Assembly (NCBI GenBank): GCA_034530875.2
Contig: JAVRCJ020000012.1
Span: forward strand, 128,001-192,000
Length of the DNA: 64,000 nucleotides
Reading direction: 5' to 3'
Source: Nostoc sp. DedSLP01
GTDB taxonomy: Bacteria > Cyanobacteriota > Cyanobacteriia > Cyanobacteriales > Nostocaceae
The position numbers and the translations under genes are program-made. The notes under the pieces are model-generated. The model did no database searches, was not told where the DNA came from, and saw only the letters and a program-made list of their open reading frames with translations. Below are positions 49,231-58,873 of the stretch, piece after piece (position 1 is the first letter of the stretch; each line of letters begins with the position of its first letter).

Positions 49231-50934
49231 TTATAAATTAGTTGGTATCGTCTTAAATTTATTGGCTGAACCTAATGAGTAATCTTCTAATTTAAAATCA
49301 GCAAAAGGCTTCTTTTTTAATCTATTACGTAGCGCTTCATCTACAATTACACCTGTGGATTCTTTTTTGACGCCAATAATTATAATACTTCTTTGATATG
49401 CAGTTAAATTTTGAGGTTTTTGACAATTAGTCCGTTGAAATTGACCTAAATTTAATAAACGGTAGCCTTTAACGCTTGGTTGATTAATAAATAATTTCTT
49501 AATTAAAATTTGTGTTTGTATGGCTCGTTCTAAAGCTATACTTTGTTGAAATTTGATATTACCTTTACAAGAAGCTGTACCCACAGAGATAATCTCATTA
49601 GGGTTTTCCATAATATTTTGGATAGCTTCTCGTTCTAAGTTCAACTTTAAAAGATTAAGGCTAATAATTTCATCATGATGTTGAACTTGAAAAGTGCTAC
49701 CTCTAACCCACTTATATTGTAGTGATAAAACAGCTATATTAAATTTGGCAATTCTACCCTGACTATCTCTACCTTCTTTATAAGTAAAATAATCAATATT
49801 ACCTTTTTTTTCTGGAAGTTGCCCATAATTGGGTATCCAAGAAATTTTTGATGTCTGCGTCGCTAGAACTATGATAGTAAGCAACCCTAAAGCTACTAGG
49901 AGGGCAGTAAAAATACCAAGTAACGGGATTTTTTCTATCTGATTATTTGAATCGAATAAAGTTTGAGTAATTGGTGGTGAAGGCTCCGATTCAAAATTCT
50001 TTTCAACATTGACAGTTGAAATGTTCGGTTTTGTTAGTTGATTTTCAACTTCTTCTATATGCTGCAAAATTTCTTGGGCATTAGTAGGACGTTGTGCGAC
50101 ATCCAGCGCCATCAGCCAATCAATTAAATTTAATAGTAAAGGTGAAATATCGATCGCATGATTTTGCCAGCGCAACAAATTGTGGTGGACATCATACATA
50201 TCTAAAGGATGTTTTCCCGTCAGCAAAAAGACAAAAGTTCGTCCTAAAGCAAAGAAATCTGATTGTGGTACAGCTTCACCATTCATTTGTTCGGGGGCAC
50301 TGTAACCAGATGACATTAGTGCTGTCATTTTATGACTATTGCTCGGTTCCTCTGGGTAGATTTTGACGATTTTATTAGCGGTACCAAAATCAATGATTAC
50401 TAATTGCCCATCAGGTTTAATCATGATATTGGATGGCTTAATATCTCGATGCAGATATTGTTTGCTATGGACTAAATCCACAATTTCTGTTAGCTGTTTT
50501 AACCAGGCGATCGCTTGTTGTTGGGAAATAGCCCCATTGCCCCGTTCAAACCATTCTTGTAAGTTGTACCCCTCGATTTTTTCCATTGCAATGCAATGCA
50601 ACGCTAAACCATTTCGCGTTTGATATTGGAAGTAACTATCCTCCTTGGGAATACCAGGATGCTTGAGTTTTAGCAGCACAGTAAACTCTTGCTGAAATAG
50701 TTCTACTGCTTGGGGATTGCTTGATAAATCTTCTTTAAGAACCTTGAGAATTTTGGGCGTATTTTGTTCGTAACCCTCATAAACTCTACTAAAACCTGAT
50801 TTGTCGCTCAGCAGAGATTTCACTCGATAACGCCCTAGTAATTCCAGGTGAGAACCACAACTTTGACAAAAACGGTTTTGATGATTATTTGGGTGATTTG
50901 GTTTAGGGCAAAGCGGATTGATACAAAGGCTCAT
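49231..50934 (-). CDS. Ser/Thr protein kinase with 4-Cys prefix, TM helix and extracytoplasmic domain
   Basis: Start MSLCINPLC...FCQSCG at 50934; HRDIKPSN, DFG and APE; one TM helix. Confidence 0.9.
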   Translation of the reverse strand: MSLCINPLCPKPNHPNNHQNRFCQSCGSHLELLGRYRVKSLLSDKSGFSRVYEGYEQNTPKILKVLKEDLSSNPQAVELFQQEFTVLLKLKHPGIPKEDSYFQYQTRNGLALHCIAMEKIEGYNLQEWFERGNGAISQQQAIAWLKQLTEIVDLVHSKQYLHRDIKPSNIMIKPDGQLVIIDFGTANKIVKIYPEEPSNSHKMTALMSSGYSAPEQMNGEAVPQSDFFALGRTFVFLLTGKHPLDMYDVHHNLLRWQNHAIDISPLLLNLIDWLMALDVAQRPTNAQEILQHIEEVENQLTKPNISTVNVEKNFESEPSPPITQTLFDSNNQIEKIPLLGIFTALLVALGLLTIIVLATQTSKISWIPNYGQLPEKKGNIDYFTYKEGRDSQGRIAKFNIAVLSLQYKWVRGSTFQVQHHDEIISLNLLKLNLEREAIQNIMENPNEIISVGTASCKGNIKFQQSIALERAIQTQILIKKLFINQPSVKGYRLLNLGQFQRTNCQKPQNLTAYQRSIIIIGVKKESTGVIVDEALRNRLKKKPFADFKLEDYSLGSANKFKTIPTNL

Positions 50935-50939
50935 GAGTC

Positions 50940-51055
50940 GAGAGTGGGGAGTGGGGAGATGAGGGGGATGAGGGGGATGAGGGAGACGCAGGGACGCAGG
51001 GACGCGGAGAGTAATCAATGCCGTGTTTGGCCAATGCCCTATGCCCTATGCCCTT
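50940..51055. repeat. STRR-type short tandem repeats
   Basis: gagggggat, gggacgca and atgccct units. Confidence 0.65.
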
Positions 51056-51121
51056 AAACATCGCTCATCTTTATTCTTCTGTTTTTGTGGAATAATCCCG
51101 TTTAAATAATCATGAGATTTT

Positions 51122-51961
51122 TTATCTCTGTTCTGCTAAGAAAGCAGCTACAGTCTGGTTAAATGCCTCTGGTTGTGTCAAAAATGGCCAGTGATTGCCG
51201 GGAACTTGGCAAAGACGTAAGTTTTGCAGATAGGTTTTATAGGGTTGGATTTGCCAATTTTGGCGGTTAAGTCCTTGTTTTGGCTGGATGAAGAGGGTAG
51301 GGGTGTCAAGGGGAATGGTAAAACCAGGCACTTTTATTACTGCGTCAAAAATTCCGTCGCGGGCGGCAATAGTAAATTTGCTCCCCCAGCTACCATCGGG
51401 TTTTTGCTCGATTCCTGCTTGAAAGACTTGCTGCTGTAGAGGACTCCATCCTTGATATTGTTTTAATTGCCGTGCTTGTTGTTCTGCTTCTTCGCAACTA
51501 GCAAAGGGGCCCATGCTTTTGAGGAAAGGCAAGAAGCGATATAACATTGGAAAAGTTAGCGCAAAAACGCTAGGCATTTTCCAAATGAAAATAGGATCGA
51601 TTAAAATCATACTTCGTAAACGCTTTGGATTTTGTCTAGCCCAAATCACGGCTAATTTACCCGTCCAAGAGTGACTGACAACATGGGCAGAAGTCCATCC
51701 AAGACTATCCATGAGTGTTTCCAGGTCTGCGATCGCACTTTCAAAGCTATAATCTCTCTCTGGCTTACTACTTTCACCATGTCCGCGCATATCTGGCGCA
51801 ACTATGTGGTAATCTCGCGCCAAGTAATCTGCCAAATTAGACCACACAAGAGCGCAATCGCCTAAACCGTGTAACAAGAGTAAAGGCTCTTGACCTTGAT
51901 TCCACTCTAAATAAGAAAGTTGGATATCAGCTTTTGCTAAAGTTCGACGTATAGGCATCAT
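51122..51961 (-). CDS. Alpha/beta fold hydrolase
   Basis: LLHGLGD, PDMRGHGES, nucleophile elbow SHSWT and C-terminal His (GNHW). Confidence 0.9.
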   Translation of the reverse strand: MMPIRRTLAKADIQLSYLEWNQGQEPLLLLHGLGDCALVWSNLADYLARDYHIVAPDMRGHGESSKPERDYSFESAIADLETLMDSLGWTSAHVVSHSWTGKLAVIWARQNPKRLRSMILIDPIFIWKMPSVFALTFPMLYRFLPFLKSMGPFASCEEAEQQARQLKQYQGWSPLQQQVFQAGIEQKPDGSWGSKFTIAARDGIFDAVIKVPGFTIPLDTPTLFIQPKQGLNRQNWQIQPYKTYLQNLRLCQVPGNHWPFLTQPEAFNQTVAAFLAEQR

Positions 51962-52014
51962 TGCGCATCCATCCCTAGAGAGATATCTTTGCGTTTATAT
52001 CGTACTGTGAAATG

Positions 52015-52150
52015 AGGGGGGCAGGGGGCATGGGGCAGGGGAAAAGGTTAAAGGGAAAAGGGAAAAGGAATAAATATAATCTTTCCCCTTTCCCCCTTAC
52101 CCCAATCCCAATACCCCATTCCAATGCCCCATACCCAATACCCCATTCAG
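52015..52150. repeat. STRR-type heptamer repeats
   Basis: ggggca, gggaaaa/tttcccc and ccaatac/ccccatt units in inverted arrangement. Confidence 0.65.
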
Positions 52151-52261
52151 TTACCAATTACCACTTTGTGAGTCTGAGGATTGTACTAATTGACACGAAA
52201 TAATGACACTAATGAATGCCAAGATCGAAAGTAAAGATGCCCCAAGGATATTTAAAGTACT

Positions 52262-53794
52262 ATGCCAGAATTACACCAATCAATCGCTCAGCATTATCAC
52301 GAAAGAACTAAATACGATCCTGAAACTCTTGCTTTGAAAACTCAAAGGTTGGAGTGGGCTAAACAGCCAGTGCCTTTTAAGGAATACAAAATTGGCTCTA
52401 GTTACGATCTCAAACCTTATATCCAAGAAAAACCAGAGGCATTTGCTAATAATGCAGATGCTCAATGGTGGCGAAGACTGTCGCGGTTGCTGTTTCGCAG
52501 CTACGGACTAACGGCAAAAATGCCTTCTATGGGTAGTGCAGTGTATTTACGTGCTGCTCCCAGTGCTGGCGGGTTGTATCCTGCGGAAGTGTATTTGATC
52601 TCCCGTGGCACATCGTTATTGCCGCCAGGACTTTATAATTATCAGTCCCGGAATCATTCCTTGATGCATTATTGGGAAAGCGATGTTTGGCAAAGTCTGC
52701 AAGCAGCTTGCTTCTGGCATCCTTCCCTAGAAAATACGCAACTGGCAATTATTGTAACGGCGGTTTTCTATCGTTCTGCTTGGCGTTATGAAGACCGGGC
52801 TTATCGGCGAATTTTTCTGGATAGCGGCCACCTTTTAGGTAATATCGAGTTAGCTGGTGCGATCGCTGACTATCGTCCCCATTTAATCGGCGGTTTTGTA
52901 GATGAAGCTATAAACGATTTGCTTTATGTCGATCCGCAACAGGAAGGCGCGATCGCTATTCTACCTCTGGCAGATTTGTTAGATATCAATCAAAATCTTC
53001 CATTGGGATGCACTGCTTTACCTTCTGCCACTGAAACTATTTATCCCCAAATCCCTGATGGCGAACTGCTGTCATATTTCCATCAACACACCCAAATTCA
53101 ACCAGGCGTAACTGGCAAGCTCAATCTCCCAGTTATTAAACAAGAAAAATCTTTAGAGGATAAATACAATTTTCCTTTCTGTTTGAAAATTCCCACCAAC
53201 ACTACACCTATAAATTGGGGAGAAAACCTCTCAGAATTGGAAATCGCTATGCATAAGCGACGTTCTACCCGCGCTTACAATGGTGAGGATTTAACTTTCG
53301 ACGAACTTAAAAGTTTACTCGATTTCACCTATCAACCGCAAAATTATATCGACCAATCTTTAGATATTTCTCCAGATTACTTTGACCCGAATTTAATAGA
53401 AACGTTTATTGCTGTTTGCGGTGTCAAAGGACTGGAGTCTGGCTGTTATTATTACGCACCCAAAGCGCAAGAATTACGCCAAATTCGCTTTAAAAATTTC
53501 CGGCGAGAGTTACATTTTCTCTGCTTGGGACAAGAATTAGGACGAGATGCAGCAGCAGTGTTGTTTCATACAGCGGATCTTAAAGCTGCGATCGCTCAGT
53601 ATGGCGATCGCGTTTACCGTTACTTACACATGGATGCCGGTCATTTAGGACAACGCCTGAATTTAGCTGCAATGCACTTAAATATAGGCGTTAGCGGTAT
53701 CGGCGGATTCTTTGACGACCAGGTAAATGAAGTTTTAGGTATTCCTGCTGATGAAGCCGTTTTATATATTACTACATTTGGACGCCCAAGATAG
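52262..53794 (+). CDS. SagB/ThcOx-family tandem nitroreductase-fold dehydrogenase
   Basis: RAAPSAGGLYPAEVY, WRYEDRAYR, KRRSTRAY and YGDRVYRYLHMDAGH. Confidence 0.88.
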   Translation: MPELHQSIAQHYHERTKYDPETLALKTQRLEWAKQPVPFKEYKIGSSYDLKPYIQEKPEAFANNADAQWWRRLSRLLFRSYGLTAKMPSMGSAVYLRAAPSAGGLYPAEVYLISRGTSLLPPGLYNYQSRNHSLMHYWESDVWQSLQAACFWHPSLENTQLAIIVTAVFYRSAWRYEDRAYRRIFLDSGHLLGNIELAGAIADYRPHLIGGFVDEAINDLLYVDPQQEGAIAILPLADLLDINQNLPLGCTALPSATETIYPQIPDGELLSYFHQHTQIQPGVTGKLNLPVIKQEKSLEDKYNFPFCLKIPTNTTPINWGENLSELEIAMHKRRSTRAYNGEDLTFDELKSLLDFTYQPQNYIDQSLDISPDYFDPNLIETFIAVCGVKGLESGCYYYAPKAQELRQIRFKNFRRELHFLCLGQELGRDAAAVLFHTADLKAAIAQYGDRVYRYLHMDAGHLGQRLNLAAMHLNIGVSGIGGFFDDQVNEVLGIPADEAVLYITTFGRPR

Positions 53795-53809
53795 AACGAA
53801 CTGTTTCAA

Positions 53810-53849
53810 GCCAGAGGACACAGAGAAATCAGAAAATCTCTGTGTCTGG
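53810..53849 (+). terminator. Probable terminator hairpin
   Basis: gacacagaga...tctctgtgtc followed by a T-rich tract. Confidence 0.55.
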
Positions 53850-54250
53850 AGTTTGTTTTTCAATTGAGTCGCTAAACTTTTGGCGGCAAATATTTTTGTA
53901 GATAATTTTACTTTGATTTTTTAAGATGCTTAATACCCTGATAGTATCAATTTATGTTTTTGTAGCCTAAAAAACTATGTATTACGTACAGGGTACTGAT
54001 GAAGATTATTTATTTTTTAATACAACTTATTTAATTAATTGCAAAGCCTTATTGAAAATCAACTAAGATTAATATCTAAAAAAGATTTAAAAGGTAAATT
54101 ATAAACTTTTGAAAAAATTTATTTTAAAACTATTGCTATTAACTACAAAAGGCTAATTTCCTATTGCCTATTCGCGTAAAGTAAGTTGAAAACTTAAAAT
54201 CGATTGCTATATAAAAATTAAGTATAAAAAGTGTTTTTAGATAAAAATTA

Positions 54251-57055
54251 ATGCTATTTACTCAAAATGAAAGCCAACGGCTAGAAGTACTCAGTCAGTA
54301 TAAAATTTTAGATACACCTCCAGAAGAAATCTTTGATGGACTAGCTCAAATAGCTGCTAATTTTTGCGAAACACCAATCGCTTTGATTACTTTAATCGAT
54401 GAAAAACGCGAGTGGTTGAAGTCAAAAATAGGAGTAACTATATCAGAATTTCCTCGCAACCTTGCTTTTGGCAGTTACACGATATTGCAGAATGACATAT
54501 TAATTATTCAGGATACTTTGCAGGATGAAAGGTTTGCAACAAATCCTTTTGTAATATCAAATGATGGTTTCCGGTTCTATGCAGGGGTTCCCCTAGTTAC
54601 CTCTAATGGATTTGCATTAGGTACTCTTTGTGTCATTGATTTTATTGTGCGAAACTTGAATGTTAAGGAGCAAGTTGCTTTACAACAGTTAGCTAGACAA
54701 ATAATCATTTATTTAGAGTTACATCGGCAAAAAACTATAGATGAGAGTCAAAAAACTTTTAATTTGCTTTTTTCTAAAAATCCTAACCCTATGTGGGTGT
54801 TTGACGAAAATAATCTGCAATTTTTAGATGTAAATGAAGCTGCTATTGTTCGCTATGGATACTCGCGACAAGAATTTTTGCAAATGCAAATAACCGATAT
54901 TAGCTCTTCAGAAAATGTGTCTAGACTTTTAGAAGATTTAGCCCAAAAAAATTATAGTTTAGATTTGCACTTTTGCGGACAATGCCAACATCGTTGTCAA
55001 GACGGACAAATAATTGATGTTGAAATTTTTATCTGTGCAATAGATTACGAGAATAAAAAGGCTAGGTTAGTTAATATAAAAGATATTACAGAGCAGAAAC
55101 GATTAGAAAAAAATTTTGCAGAAATTGAAGCTAAAATTCGAGAATTTTATCAAGCAATTCCCGTTCCATTAATTATTTCGCGTCTGTCTGATGGTTTAAT
55201 ATTATATGCTAATCCAGAATTAGTTAAAATATTTAGTTTTTCGTTGAAAGATTTTATTAACAAAAAATATTTATTAGATTTATACTACGATCTAACTGAT
55301 TTAACTTTACTATTAGAAGTTTTAAATAGATATGGATTTATTCATAATTACGAGCTTAAATTGAAAAAAGAAGACGGTAGTTATTTTTGGGCGATCGCTT
55401 CACTACAATATTTAACTTTCAACAATCAAGCAGCTATATTAACAATATTATATGATATTACCGACCGCAAAAATATAGAAACAAAGCTTCAAGAACAAAA
55501 CGAATTTTTGCGGTTAATTTTTGAAAATATTCCGTTGATGATTGCACTCATTAATCATGATGGTAAACTCCAGTGGGTGAACCAAGAATGGGAAAGGGTT
55601 CTCGGCTGGAAGTTTCAAGATTTCCAAAATTTAGATCTGTTAGAAGCTCTATATCCTAATCCTGAATATCGTCAGTATGTGATTAAATTCATTCAGTCTG
55701 CACAACGGAATTGGGGTGACTTTAGAACTCAAGTAAAGAGTGGTCATTCACTATATACATCTTGGACTAATGTTAAACTGCCAAATGGTCAACTAATCGG
55801 TATCGGACAAGATATCACACAACGCAAGGAAACTGAATTTGCTTTCAAAGCTCAAGCTGAACGAGAGCAATTAATCCGAACCGTTGCTCAAAGGATTCGT
55901 CAATCTTTGAATCTTCAAGATATTCTCAATACAACAGTTCAACAAGTGCGAGATTTGCTGCAAGTTGAGCGAGTTATAGTTTATCAGTTTGACCAAAACA
56001 GGTTCGGCACAATTATGGCAGAATCAGTAGAGCCTGGATGGACAGTTTCTTTAGGCGTAGAGATTCATGATACTTGTTTTCAAACAGGCGCAGGAGTAGA
56101 GTATTATCAAGGACGCAAACGAGCGCTCGCTAATATTTATCAAGCTGAACTAACTGATTGCCATATTCGCTTATTAGAAAGGTTTGAGGTCAAAGCAAAC
56201 TTAGTCGTACCCATTTTACTAGAAGTAGGCTCTCAAAACCTTGGCTCTCACCTTTGGGGTTTACTAATTGCTCACCAATGTTCGCGGTTTCGTGAGTGGG
56301 AAGAAAATCAATTAGATTTGCTCGACCAAGTTACAGTACAATTAGCGATCGCTATTCAACAATCTACTATCTTTGAACAAGCTCAAACCGAACTTATTCA
56401 AAGACAAAAAGCCGAAATCAAGCTCAGAAGTGCTTTAGCAGAGAAAGAAGTTCTGTTAAAAGAAGTCCATCATCGAGTCAAAAATAATTTACAGATTGTC
56501 TCTAGCTTATTGCAACTCCAGTCTCACACACTTACAGATCCAGAAGTCATTAAAGTTCTTAGAGAAAGTCAAAACCGCATCGATTCAATCTCTTTAATTC
56601 ACAAGAATTTATACATTTCCGCTAATATTGGACAAATTGATGTTGGTGATTACATCCATAATTTGGCAACTAATTTATTAATTTCCTATCAAATAGTGCC
56701 TGGTAGAATTACTCTAGAAACTGACTTAGATTCAGTTAGTTTAAATCTTGACCAAGCTATTGCTTGTGGACTGGTAATTAACGAATTAATCTCTAATGCC
56801 CTGAAGCACGCTTTTCCTAACCAACAGCCAGGCACAATTCGTATTGCTTTACGAAATATTGATAATACTATCGAGATGATTATCCAAGACAATGGTGTTG
56901 GTTTACCAGATAATTTAGATTGGAGAAATACTGCTTCTTTGGGTCTCTCTTTAGTGTATGACTTAGTAACAGAACAACTTGAAGGTGAGATTACTCTAGA
57001 ACGCAATCGTGGAACAGTATTCAAAATCCAATTCCCACAGTTAACTTTGGATTAG
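54251..57055 (+). CDS. GAF-PAS(x3)-cyanobacteriochrome GAF (DXCF) - HisKA_2 histidine kinase
   Basis: N-terminal GAF (RFYAGVPL) and PAS repeats; second GAF has HDTCF and DCH bilin-binding cysteines; LLKEVHHRVKNNLQ. Confidence 0.88.
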   Translation: MLFTQNESQRLEVLSQYKILDTPPEEIFDGLAQIAANFCETPIALITLIDEKREWLKSKIGVTISEFPRNLAFGSYTILQNDILIIQDTLQDERFATNPFVISNDGFRFYAGVPLVTSNGFALGTLCVIDFIVRNLNVKEQVALQQLARQIIIYLELHRQKTIDESQKTFNLLFSKNPNPMWVFDENNLQFLDVNEAAIVRYGYSRQEFLQMQITDISSSENVSRLLEDLAQKNYSLDLHFCGQCQHRCQDGQIIDVEIFICAIDYENKKARLVNIKDITEQKRLEKNFAEIEAKIREFYQAIPVPLIISRLSDGLILYANPELVKIFSFSLKDFINKKYLLDLYYDLTDLTLLLEVLNRYGFIHNYELKLKKEDGSYFWAIASLQYLTFNNQAAILTILYDITDRKNIETKLQEQNEFLRLIFENIPLMIALINHDGKLQWVNQEWERVLGWKFQDFQNLDLLEALYPNPEYRQYVIKFIQSAQRNWGDFRTQVKSGHSLYTSWTNVKLPNGQLIGIGQDITQRKETEFAFKAQAEREQLIRTVAQRIRQSLNLQDILNTTVQQVRDLLQVERVIVYQFDQNRFGTIMAESVEPGWTVSLGVEIHDTCFQTGAGVEYYQGRKRALANIYQAELTDCHIRLLERFEVKANLVVPILLEVGSQNLGSHLWGLLIAHQCSRFREWEENQLDLLDQVTVQLAIAIQQSTIFEQAQTELIQRQKAEIKLRSALAEKEVLLKEVHHRVKNNLQIVSSLLQLQSHTLTDPEVIKVLRESQNRIDSISLIHKNLYISANIGQIDVGDYIHNLATNLLISYQIVPGRITLETDLDSVSLNLDQAIACGLVINELISNALKHAFPNQQPGTIRIALRNIDNTIEMIIQDNGVGLPDNLDWRNTASLGLSLVYDLVTEQLEGEITLERNRGTVFKIQFPQLTLD

Positions 57056-57065
57056 TAAATATCAA

Positions 57066-58577
57066 ATGGCTCAAGCTAGGATTTTAGTTGTTGAAGATGA
57101 AGTGATTGTGGCTAGAACTATTGCCCGCGAACTTAGTCAGCTAGGGTACATTGTCACCGGTACTGCATCCTCTGGAAAAGCTGCCATTGCAAAGGCATCA
57201 GAAACTCAACCAGAACTAGTACTAATGGATATTATCCTTAAAGGTGAGATGGACGGTATTGCCACAGCAGCACGTATTCGCGAACAGCTAGATGTTCCTG
57301 TAATTTTTCTAACTGCTTATGGCGACGATAATACTTTAGAACGAGCAAAAATTACCCAACCTTTCGGATACATTGTTAAACCATTTACGACAAAAGATTT
57401 AAAAATAGCTATTGAAATCGGTTTATTAAAACATCAGTTAGAGCGCGAACTACGAGAAAATAGAGACCGATTAGCAACTCTTTTAAACTCAATGAGTGAT
57501 GCTGTAATTGCCACCAACGAGCAAGGAATCGTGACATTCATGAACCCCGCAGCTGAAGCAATAACTGGATGGCAACAACAAGAGGCTTTAGGCAATGACG
57601 TGTCAAATATTTTTAAACTTGTCGATGAAATTACAGAAGCTAGCTTAGAAAACCCAGTTACAAAAGTTTTGCGGGAACAGCAGGTTGTTTATTTGAGGGA
57701 ATTTACATCTTTAATTACTAGACAGGGAAAAAGAGTTCCCATTGGCGATAGTGCTTCACCACTGAGGAGGGGGGCTGACCAACTTAATGGTGTAGTAGTT
57801 GTTTTTTGGGATCTTAGCGAAAGACGTCAAACCCAATTACTAGAACAAGCATTAGAAAAAGAGCAAGAACTCAACCGTCTGAAGTCTTTATTTATCTCCA
57901 CTGTATCTCATGAGTTCCGGAATCCTCTATCGGTTATTCAAACATCAGTAGAACTCATAGAACTCCAAGGATCGCGTTTGACAGATGCTAAAAGACGCAC
58001 CTATCTAAACCGCATTCAATCAGCCGTCCAATCCATGAATCAACTCATGGAAGAAGTACTATTCATGGGTCAGGCGGAAGCAGGAAAACTTACATACAAT
58101 CCTAGTTTAATTAACTTAGAACAATTCTGTAGAGAACTAATTGATGAGTTTTCTACTATTGCAAATAGCAGACATCAAATTATTTTTAGTTGTCATAGCG
58201 ATAACACAAACGCTGTGATGGATGAACGGCTCTTAGATTACATGTTAGGTAATTTACTCTCCAACGCAGTTAAATATTCTCCTAACGGTGGCAATATTCA
58301 ATTCGACCTAATATGCAACCATACAGATAAAGTAGCGATTTTTTATATTCAAGACCGAGGAATTGGTATTCTGCAAGCAGACCAAGCTAGACTTTTTGAA
58401 TCATTCTATCGAGGCTCAAATGTTCAATCTATTCAAGGCACGGGATTGGGTTTAGTCATCGTCAAAAAATGCGTTGAGGCTCACAAGGGCCAAATCAGTT
58501 TCACAAGTGAAGTTGGTGTCGGTACTACATTTACAGTAATCTTGCCTTTAAATCCCGAATCTTTATTGAATGAATAA
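57066..58577 (+). CDS. Hybrid response regulator - PAS - histidine kinase
   Basis: Receiver (VVEDE, LMDI, FLTAY, VKP), PAS, SHEFRNPL and GTGLGL; starts 10 nt after the upstream stop codon. Confidence 0.92.
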   Translation: MAQARILVVEDEVIVARTIARELSQLGYIVTGTASSGKAAIAKASETQPELVLMDIILKGEMDGIATAARIREQLDVPVIFLTAYGDDNTLERAKITQPFGYIVKPFTTKDLKIAIEIGLLKHQLERELRENRDRLATLLNSMSDAVIATNEQGIVTFMNPAAEAITGWQQQEALGNDVSNIFKLVDEITEASLENPVTKVLREQQVVYLREFTSLITRQGKRVPIGDSASPLRRGADQLNGVVVVFWDLSERRQTQLLEQALEKEQELNRLKSLFISTVSHEFRNPLSVIQTSVELIELQGSRLTDAKRRTYLNRIQSAVQSMNQLMEEVLFMGQAEAGKLTYNPSLINLEQFCRELIDEFSTIANSRHQIIFSCHSDNTNAVMDERLLDYMLGNLLSNAVKYSPNGGNIQFDLICNHTDKVAIFYIQDRGIGILQADQARLFESFYRGSNVQSIQGTGLGLVIVKKCVEAHKGQISFTSEVGVGTTFTVILPLNPESLLNE

Positions 58578-58873
58578 TCTCTAATTCGAGCAGAAGTCTG
58601 CACTAATCAGTTAGAAGCGATCGCAATTTTATACTACTAACTCATACGATCTCTTTTTGATTCGACCTTTGTGCAAAAACCTTCGTAGTCAGGACTTCTG
58701 TCCTGATTTTCTTTGCGTAGCGTCTAGTAGAGAAGACTAAAGTCGTCTTAGTTAGATTGGTAAATATTTAAGAACCTGTCCTAATTAGTTCTGATTTTAT
58801 TCACCACAAGATTATAAGCTAGAAATAAGCTTAGAGAAGATTATTTTGCGTTATTTTTAATAATATTTACTAT

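Noticed and set aside
50934..51018. Pro/His-rich N-terminal extension of the Ser/Thr kinase in the ORF track
   Set aside because: Encoded by STRR repeats; the family-typical start MSLCINP is at 50934.
51975..52203. 60-63 aa ORFs on both strands
   Set aside because: Translations of heptamer repeats.
52262..53794. RiPP (TOMM/cyanobactin) biosynthetic cluster
   Set aside because: No YcaO cyclodehydratase, precursor peptide or protease is adjacent; stand-alone SagB-like genes are common in cyanobacteria.
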